64,000 nucleotides of DNA from Deltaproteobacteria bacterium (GTDB taxonomy: Bacteria > JAEEML01). The notes beneath the pieces were generated by a model. The model had not been told where the DNA came from and searched no databases. It worked only from the letters and a program-made list of their open reading frames with translations. Position numbers and translations under genes: made by a program. Of the stretch, positions 57,157 to 64,000 are shown one piece after another. The stretch's first letter is position 1; each line of letters starts with the position of its first letter. The stretch is taken from contig JAEEML010000167.1 of the NCBI GenBank assembly GCA_016283195.1, positions 688-64,687 of the forward strand, written 5' to 3'.

Positions 57157-60100
57157 TATTGGTGCTGATGGAAATTCCACCGGAAATGCGGGTGGAAATC
57201 TCACCGGGACGTGTGAGATCTTCGAGCTCGATAGTGAGGTTGGTGCCGGCCGGTATGCCGGTTAGCCCCATGGCCGAGAGATCGATAGCCGGCAGAGGAA
57301 TATTAGTGAGCACCGAAGAGAGCAGGTTGGGCAGAATTTGGCTCAAAACCCGGTTTAAGAGGGCGGAGAATTGTTCTAAATTGGCGGTGTCGCCGTTTAC
57401 TTCCAAAACATCGGTGATAATGCGGGCCGGGGAAGTTTCCGAGAGTTTAAAGCCAAAGGCGCCGTCATTTACCGCCAGAGAGCCGGGCAAGAATACATGA
57501 GCATAGAGCTTAACTTTGAGCGGCGGGAGCCCGGCCTGGCCGGCCAGAGCACCTATATCGAGATTAGCATTTATAAGCAAATTGCCGAGGCCCAGCTCAA
57601 TTTCGCCGCTTTTGCTGCCGGGCATGATAACCGGCGGTAATTCGGCTTTCATGTTGAGGCCCAGGCCGTTAATGCCGCTGGCGGCTACCAGGTCGCCAAG
57701 GTCCATATTGAGCACGCCGGCATACCAGACAGCCCAGAGAATTTGGTTGATGAAATCATCGGAAAGTCTAATAGCCATGCCGCTGTCAAGGCCAGTTTCG
57801 GCAGGCGGTGTGGCCATGTGGCCCGGTACGCCGGTGGAACTTGTTATGCCGGCATTTGAGGGATAAAACTGAGTAGCCATGCCAATAATGCCGTAGGGTT
57901 TGCTTCCGGCTTTGAAAGAGATATCCGACATATAAGAATCGAGAGCCAAAGAGACGCTGAAGGGCGGCGGTAACTCAAAGGAAGTACCGATGACAAAGCC
58001 GGCCAGGAAATCTTCCAGCAGCGGAGGAATTTGATCATTGATAACACCACCGATTAGGTCCTCTATTAGCCCCTCGAAGATGGAAACCAGCAGGTTTGTT
58101 ATGCCAGAACCGATGGTGGCTAAAATACCAGATATTACACTGTCACTAGATGGATCAATTGAAACATTTAAGTTATCAAATTCAATATTGGTTTTTGTTA
58201 TTGTAACTTTTGGCTTATTATTCACTATGGTGATATTTAAATCAGTACTGAAATCTAGGCTATCCATGATTACACTGCCACCTATACCCCAGTGAGTGTT
58301 GGTGGCAAAACCAAGTACACAAGAAGTGTTGTCATAATAAATTTTTAGAGGAACTCTGAGGCTGTCAGTACTGTCATTTTTACCGATATAGGCTTTTAAG
58401 CGAATACCGCCATCGATAATTGAAACCTGACTGATTTTTAGTGATTCTATGTAGATATTACCTGATTTACGTATGCCGAATCCATTGTCGCCTGAGCTAG
58501 GAGAATAAGAACCGCTTGAAAAAGTGCATGATTTTTTAGCGCATGGTCCGCGTGGTTTGAGCCAGCCTGTGGTGGGCCAATTGCTGTCTGGGCTTGAATC
58601 GCAACCGGAGCGGTCATTAGGATCACCCATGGCATCGAGAGCTGTGTTAATCATCGGACCAAGTTGCGAGCCAATCATGTTTTCAATCATGGAAGCAATA
58701 TCATCATAACATTCCTCATCAGTGCATTTACCGTTAGTGATAACGCCGCGGTTGCCGTCATCGAGCATTTCCTGTGAAAGTACCAGGCCCAGGCCGTTAT
58801 TGATGTGGGCTTCCGGTAAGGCTTCGGTGGCTTTGGGATAATACTTGCCGGCTCTTAAATAGGCTCTTGTTTGCGAGTGCTTATTGCCGCAGGCATCTTC
58901 GGCGCTGGCACTTATAAGATTGAGACCAAAGCGGCTTTGCTGAGTTTTGGAGAGATTTTTCTTTTCACCGGCGTCGGCGGTGATGGAAGAGCCGTCGAAA
59001 ATAAGGGTGGCCGGGCCGCTTAATGGCTCAGAAATAGTGGCTGTGATACCCATATTGTAGATGCTATCGTTGCCTCTGGTGACTACGCTGCCGCTTCCGG
59101 GATTAGTGGTTATAATTGGCGCTGTTTGATCAACTATTACATTGAGGCTGTATTCCAAATCGGAACCGGCATCGAGTGTACCCTCGGGATCAAGCGGAGT
59201 TACAGTTACTGTATAGAGACCGTCGCGCAAAAATACGGGCAGGTTATCAGCGCTGAAAGAGAGATAATCGGTGTCGCCATCAATGGGGTTATCCTGCTTT
59301 ATTACTTCATAATTTAATGGCCAGGGTGTGATGTTGCCAACTTCGTCATAAGTCTTACAACCGATGTTTAACGGGCGCCCGGCAGGGGCACAGTTAACTT
59401 CGTTAAAAGCACAGGTTAATTTTACCGGCAAGCCGGGGAGAACAGAGACAACAGCCGGGCTATTATCGGCTATCCCGCCGGGAATATAAGCAAAAATCAT
59501 AATTTCTCCAGCAGTTTCGGCTGTCAGCATGTTGCCGGTGAAGCTGATGGAAGCTAATTGAGCCGGGTTTAACGGCATAAAAACAAATTGACATTCATTG
59601 CCGCTTAAAACATTGCCCGCGCTGTCTTTTACCAGGCAGCTTAGTTCGCTGCTCTCTATACTGGCTCTAAAAGAATCCGGAGTGGCAATTGTTTCAATAA
59701 TTGCCGGTTTTCCGGTACTTACAGTTAGCGTTTCGCCGGCACTTTCAAGGCCGTTATAGCTGCATTTAAGAATATAATCACCGGCTTTTAGAGCTGTTAT
59801 TTTATCCATATCGGCAATTATGGCGTCGGGGAAAATAAAGCTGACATCGGCACCATTTATAGAGATTTCATTATCAAAAGCGTCATAAGCGAGGCACTCT
59901 AAAGTAGTGTAATCGCCGGCAGTAATATTATTTTGTGCAGCTTTTACTTTTAATGTTTTGGCTGCGCCGGGAGTGACTGTCAGCCTGGCTTTGCCGGCAT
60001 CACAGCCGCTGGCTTTACAAGTGACAGTATAATCGCCGCTCTTATTTGGTGAGAGCTGACAGGTGCCGTCGGCACATTCCTGCGCAGCTTCATCCAGCAT

Positions 60101-61960
60101 AACCTGCCATTTTACATTGGCCGGAGTTTTTTCGCCGGTTAAGGCGCAGGTGACCGTGGTGCTTTCGCCAGCTTTAATGATTGGAGGGCTAAGCTTAGCG
60201 GTAGCGGCGCAGTAGCCGCCTATAGTCGGCATATTTATGGCTTCATCTGCCGGCTCGGAGGTGGCAGGCAGCTTGGAACTGCAAGAAGCAGCGGCCAGAG
60301 CAAGAAGAGCAAAAAGAGAATAAATACCGCGCTTTTTGAGCTTGCGACACAAGCTGGCTGCGGCGAGCAGTAAGAGGAACCATAGAGCCGGTGTACCGCC
60401 GCCGGCATTACAACCGGAATCCTCTTTGGCGGCGTTATCCTGGCTGGCGGTGGCTATAACGTCCGGGGCATCTTGTGTGGCAAGCTGCCTTGGGACAATT
60501 TCCGCTTTTAGCTCATAATTGGCCACCGGCTTAGGCAAAATAGCTCCCGGGGCTTCATCATAGAGCATTAATTCCACCTGGTAAGTGCCGGGGAAAGATG
60601 TAACAGTGAGGGGCAACTGCCAGCTATTTTGCGCTTTTTTAGAACGCAAAATATGCCAGGGCTGTTTGCCAAGACGGTAGGCGAGAGCTTTGCCGGCCTT
60701 GGGAGTGGTGACATTAATAATATCACCGGCCACCGCTTTTGAGGAGAGATAAGCAGCTCTTTTTAAGCTGGCTTTACCGGCGCCCGCTTCTTCGGTTCCC
60801 GCATCTTCAACATGACTGCTTTCGGCTGAGGAATTTTCTACTGCGGAGGCAGTGGCATAAAGAGTGAGCCAATTGCCCTGGCCGGGAATTTTGGTGCCCG
60901 GCTCGGTGCGTATTTCTTCGATACCCATTTGTAAGCCGATAGGTGCGATAAGTCCGTTCAGCATATTTTCTATATCTAAAGGTATAGTAATGCCATTTAA
61001 GAACTGGCCGCCGAGAGAATCAAGTATTTCAGGCAATAATTCCGCTATGTTACTATTGGGAAAGAGCTGATTGTAAGTTTCTTCTATGGTGACAAAATCT
61101 ATTTTATCTATGGCGATAGTCAGAGTATCGGCGGTGCGCAAAATGGAGAGGCCGGCGCCGATTTCCAGGCTAAGTTCCACCAGGCGCAGGGGGCGATCCG
61201 CAGTTAGCATATAAATAGAAATGGTGATAGCCGGAATAGATAAATTGAGGAGGTGCTCACCGGCGGCCATGTTGCCAAGAGTGATTTCCGGCCAGGCTTT
61301 AGGAGCAATTTCCAAATAAAGCGGGCTATTTCCGGCGCCTAAAACAGAGAGCTCCGGGATAAATAACGAAAGCAGGCCGGAAGTTAAAGCAAAGCCGCCG
61401 GCCAATTCGGAGAGAGATTCCGATGAAATAGACATGCAGGCAATACCGCCGTTTAAAAAGGCCCATAAGGCTTGCTGAATATTGCGCTCCGAGAGGGCAA
61501 TGGCGAGTTCATAGGGGCGGGCTGTTTGCCCGTCTATATCTTCTTTAACCAGATAGCCGCTAAATTCCGGCTTGGGGGCATCTTGGGGCAAAGCCGGAGC
61601 AGTGCCGAGAGGCATCATGCAGGACGCTGTATCGGTTGTGAGACCAAAATCCAAAGAAATACCGGCACTTGAAGCTGGCATCGTTGGCAGAGCTTCAATG
61701 CCGGAAGCAGCTATATCCACTCCGAGGTAGAGATCGGCAAAGGGAGTGCCTAAATTGCCGAGCGCTGTGCCCAGGTTAAAGGAGGTCTCCAGAGGCAAGG
61801 GAATAAGATTGCCAATTTGCGAGAAGAGCGGCGTGACATATTGATCAACAAGACCACCTACTAAATCGATTAGGAAATTTTCTAATAAACCGGAGAGGTT
61901 ACCAAGTATTTGTGTTAATAGGTCGGCCGTTTGACAGAGCTCCTGACAATCATGATCCAC
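57149..61960 (-). CDS. Giant cell-surface protein (bacterial Ig-like BIG2-type regions), with internal MYXO-CTERM-like motif followed by a lipobox-like segment
   Basis: 1603 aa from a GTG. Internal …SGCNAGGGTPALWFLLLLAAASLCRKLKKRG is followed at once by IYSLFALLALAAASCSS. BIG2-like TVTPGAAKTLKVKAAQNNITAGDYTTLECLAYD… repeats follow. Confidence 0.55.
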   Translation of the reverse strand: MDHDCQELCQTADLLTQILGNLSGLLENFLIDLVGGLVDQYVTPLFSQIGNLIPLPLETSFNLGTALGNLGTPFADLYLGVDIAASGIEALPTMPASSAGISLDFGLTTDTASCMMPLGTAPALPQDAPKPEFSGYLVKEDIDGQTARPYELAIALSERNIQQALWAFLNGGIACMSISSESLSELAGGFALTSGLLSLFIPELSVLGAGNSPLYLEIAPKAWPEITLGNMAAGEHLLNLSIPAITISIYMLTADRPLRLVELSLEIGAGLSILRTADTLTIAIDKIDFVTIEETYNQLFPNSNIAELLPEILDSLGGQFLNGITIPLDIENMLNGLIAPIGLQMGIEEIRTEPGTKIPGQGNWLTLYATASAVENSSAESSHVEDAGTEEAGAGKASLKRAAYLSSKAVAGDIINVTTPKAGKALAYRLGKQPWHILRSKKAQNSWQLPLTVTSFPGTYQVELMLYDEAPGAILPKPVANYELKAEIVPRQLATQDAPDVIATASQDNAAKEDSGCNAGGGTPALWFLLLLAAASLCRKLKKRGIYSLFALLALAAASCSSKLPATSEPADEAINMPTIGGYCAATAKLSPPIIKAGESTTVTCALTGEKTPANVKWQVMLDEAAQECADGTCQLSPNKSGDYTVTCKASGCDAGKARLTVTPGAAKTLKVKAAQNNITAGDYTTLECLAYDAFDNEISINGADVSFIFPDAIIADMDKITALKAGDYILKCSYNGLESAGETLTVSTGKPAIIETIATPDSFRASIESSELSCLVKDSAGNVLSGNECQFVFMPLNPAQLASISFTGNMLTAETAGEIMIFAYIPGGIADNSPAVVSVLPGLPVKLTCAFNEVNCAPAGRPLNIGCKTYDEVGNITPWPLNYEVIKQDNPIDGDTDYLSFSADNLPVFLRDGLYTVTVTPLDPEGTLDAGSDLEYSLNVIVDQTAPIITTNPGSGSVVTRGNDSIYNMGITATISEPLSGPATLIFDGSSITADAGEKKNLSKTQQSRFGLNLISASAEDACGNKHSQTRAYLRAGKYYPKATEALPEAHINNGLGLVLSQEMLDDGNRGVITNGKCTDEECYDDIASMIENMIGSQLGPMINTALDAMGDPNDRSGCDSSPDSNWPTTGWLKPRGPCAKKSCTFSSGSYSPSSGDNGFGIRKSGNIYIESLKISQVSIIDGGIRLKAYIGKNDSTDSLRVPLKIYYDNTSCVLGFATNTHWGIGGSVIMDSLDFSTDLNITIVNNKPKVTITKTNIEFDNLNVSIDPSSDSVISGILATIGSGITNLLVSIFEGLIEDLIGGVINDQIPPLLEDFLAGFVIGTSFELPPPFSVSLALDSYMSDISFKAGSKPYGIIGMATQFYPSNAGITSSTGVPGHMATPPAETGLDSGMAIRLSDDFINQILWAVWYAGVLNMDLGDLVAASGINGLGLNMKAELPPVIMPGSKSGEIELGLGNLLINANLDIGALAGQAGLPPLKVKLYAHVFLPGSLAVNDGAFGFKLSETSPARIITDVLEVNGDTANLEQFSALLNRVLSQILPNLLSSVLTNIPLPAIDLSAMGLTGIPAGTNLTIELEDLTRPGEISTRISGGISISTNNE

Positions 61961-62011
61961 ACAATAAGGATCAAAGCAAAGGCCCTTTGTGCCATCGCAC
62001 GGCGTGACTTG

Positions 62012-62848
62012 CTATTTGAGGAAAGAATCCACATCCGGGCCGATAAGAGAAATATCGCGTCTTTCGAGAGCGATATAGAGGCTGTGTCCGTCAACTACTT
62101 CGCGCGAGGCCAGAGCCACTTTTACGCCAACATGGTTTATTGTTATGGCGGCATCGGTTGAGCCATCGGTATTTACGCGGTTGCCAATCAGGCAAGCACC
62201 GGAAAGCCCCAGCATATCGCCAAGATCCAAGAAGGCGGCTATATCGGCGGAAATAGGCAATTTATCAATAGTTACTTCAAGCGCCAGGCCTTGGCCTTCA
62301 TCCGGCTCCACAAAGCGGATGCTGAGAGATTTTTCCAAATCTTCCAAATTTATAGAAATGCGAGAGGTGTGCGTGGGAATGGTGTCGGGGTTGTCATCGG
62401 TAGCACATTCTTCTGCAGAGAGTCCGTAAGCAATCAGGCTATCGGAAGCAGCATCGGAAGAGGCATCGGACGAACTATCGGTAAGGCCGTTATCGGAAGT
62501 GCTGTCACCCAGGCAACCATCGCGAAGGGCAAAGGAAATGGGCATATCGCTGGAGGCATCAAGGCTGACCCCGGGCAATTTTACGGAAATAGCCGGCTTG
62601 CCGCCTATATTCTCCATTGGGGCATATTGGCTGGCCAGGTTGAGCAAAACCGTTTTGAGGTTTGAGAGTAAGTGCTGGCCTAAAAAGAGTTGTAAGCCGG
62701 ACTTATTGATAGCGCCGTTGGAATCGGCAGCGGCCGGGTAGGGAACCACCGGTATTGCCGGCGAACTTTCGGCATCACCTTCGTTCTTGCAAGAGGTAAT
62801 AGTAATAAAAAGCAAAGCAACTATCGAAAATAATTTAAATTTTTTCAC
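62012..62848 (-). CDS. Lipoprotein with Ser/Asp-rich region, in frame with the giant ORF downstream
   Basis: Lipobox ITSCK. 278 aa. Its stop codon TAG (62012-62014) is in the same reading frame as the 57149..61960 ORF. Confidence 0.55.
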   Translation of the reverse strand: MKKFKLFSIVALLFITITSCKNEGDAESSPAIPVVPYPAAADSNGAINKSGLQLFLGQHLLSNLKTVLLNLASQYAPMENIGGKPAISVKLPGVSLDASSDMPISFALRDGCLGDSTSDNGLTDSSSDASSDAASDSLIAYGLSAEECATDDNPDTIPTHTSRISINLEDLEKSLSIRFVEPDEGQGLALEVTIDKLPISADIAAFLDLGDMLGLSGACLIGNRVNTDGSTDAAITINHVGVKVALASREVVDGHSLYIALERRDISLIGPDVDSFLK

Positions 62849-63019
62849 GATAACTCCATGGTGACAAGTTTATAAATCACCGCGAGTTTACTACCACAGA
62901 GTTGAGTTTCTTAAAAGTAAAAAAATGGTAACCAAAAGTATTCAGGCGGGTATGGTGAGTTTATTCTTGCAATTATCCCTCTCTTTTGTAGAGTAAATGC
63001 GCTTTTTGGCGAGGTGGCT

Positions 63020-63787
63020 ATGAAAGTGAATAAAGCGCTTCTTGTTGTTGGTTCTTTACTGATTTTTACTATGCTGGCCGAAACGGCCGGGGCCTACATT
63101 TTGCCGGCCTCGGCGCTGATAAAGCAGTATTTGAGAAACAGGGAAAAGTTGGCTCTTAAAGACATCACTCTCGATTTGGAACTCTCACTTTTTGAGGATA
63201 CAGCGGCGGCACAGAGTCTTGAAGGGCGTTTTTATTTTGCCGGCGGCGGGAATATGCGCCTCTCAGTAACCGAAGAAGTTGGTTCCACGGCGCTTTTGGT
63301 GGAACAAAAGCGGGTGCGCAAGACTAATGCTCCAAGTGGTGTTTTTGCCCTCTTTCCCCAAGAAGATCTTTTAGCTTCGCTCTTTTTCCCCGGCGGTGAC
63401 AAAGTTGAGCAGAGTATGAATATTGTGGCAGCGGCCATTAAACGCCTAAATATTAATATGGATAAGCAATCCTATCATCGTTACGACGGCAAAGTTGTGC
63501 AGATGATTGGCGGCAAGCCTTCAGAAAAAGATAGCAACCAATTATGGGTTTTTAAGGAGACTGGCATTCCGGCCTATTACCGCTTTACAGCTAATGGTTT
63601 TGATGGCCAAAAGCATAGTTATGAAGTGTTTCTCCGCGGCTATGATGAGCAAACGGTGGGGAACTGGTTCCCGGCTGAAGTAACTTATCGCTGCGACGGC
63701 AAGCACCTTGTTACTATAACTGTGCAAAAAGCTTCTAAAAATAATAACTTACCGGCTACCTTCTTTAGCACTCTGCAAGGTAATTAA
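63020..63787 (+). CDS. Secreted hypothetical protein
   Basis: Signal peptide MKVNKALLVVGSLLIFTMLAETAGA. The ATG at 63020 lies 4 nt after GAGGTGG. Confidence 0.45.
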   Translation: MKVNKALLVVGSLLIFTMLAETAGAYILPASALIKQYLRNREKLALKDITLDLELSLFEDTAAAQSLEGRFYFAGGGNMRLSVTEEVGSTALLVEQKRVRKTNAPSGVFALFPQEDLLASLFFPGGDKVEQSMNIVAAAIKRLNINMDKQSYHRYDGKVVQMIGGKPSEKDSNQLWVFKETGIPAYYRFTANGFDGQKHSYEVFLRGYDEQTVGNWFPAEVTYRCDGKHLVTITVQKASKNNNLPATFFSTLQGN

Positions 63788-63792
63788 AATTT

Positions 63793-64000
63793 ATGCCCCA
63801 AATTGCCGTTAAGGTGGCTCTTTTACAAGCCCTTAAAAAGCCCCTTACTTATCTTGTGCCGCCGCAACTGGCAGATAAATTACAGGTTGGAACGCCGCTT
63901 ATTGTGCCGCTGGGAAATGGCAGTGCAAGAGGCTATGTTGTAGAAATTTTAAAAGATGTTCCGGAAAATTCTTCTTTTGAAATCAAAGAGATAAAAGGTA
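63793..64000 (+). CDS. priA: Primosomal protein N' (PriA), N-terminal fragment; continues past the window end
   Basis: MPQIAVKVALLQALKKPLTYLVPPQL…GTPLIVPLGNGSARGYVVEIL matches the PriA N-terminal 3'-DNA-binding domain pattern. Confidence 0.6.
   Translation, partial: MPQIAVKVALLQALKKPLTYLVPPQLADKLQVGTPLIVPLGNGSARGYVVEILKDVPENSSFEIKEIKG

Overview
This window reads as a chromosomal segment from an uncharacterised, moderately GC-rich bacterium. Most of it is densely packed housekeeping genes: mnmA, birA, ispF, rlmKL, rplM-rpsI, rpiB, fabH, gyrB, rlmN, rluB, miaA, maf-yggS-divIVA-yggU, clpP, tatAC and the priA N-terminus. Metabolic and envelope genes sit among them. No rRNA, tRNA, CRISPR array, transposase or integrase was recognised.

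The clearly accessory part is the left end (about 1-6650). It holds a visibly AT-richer single-gene Type IIG restriction-modification enzyme (1224 aa, DPAVGSGHFL and NPPY motifs). Its likely 5' region contains a (TTGC)17 tetranucleotide tract. Inverted copies of a roughly 60-80 bp hairpin repeat family bracket the gene, including a three-unit tandem array. A 20-codon relic of a second RM C-terminus also sits in this region. An OMP gene and two decayed Fibrobacter-type (TIGR02145-like) domain gene fragments follow.

Further signals worth follow-up:
- A pair of paralogous large proteins combining a transglutaminase-like domain with a beta-barrel-like C-terminus; the second copy lacks the catalytic Cys.
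- A giant cell-surface ORF (1603 aa) that lies in frame with the upstream lipoprotein gene across a single TAG codon. It also carries an internal MYXO-CTERM-like sorting motif followed immediately by a lipobox-like segment.
- A Cys-rich lipoprotein.
- A gyrB with an acidic low-complexity insertion in the ATPase domain.
- A YcaO-like gene placed divergently to a 1434-aa double-ASKHA CoA-enzyme activase fusion.

All calls rest on reading the translated ORFs and the DNA by eye. No database searches were run.
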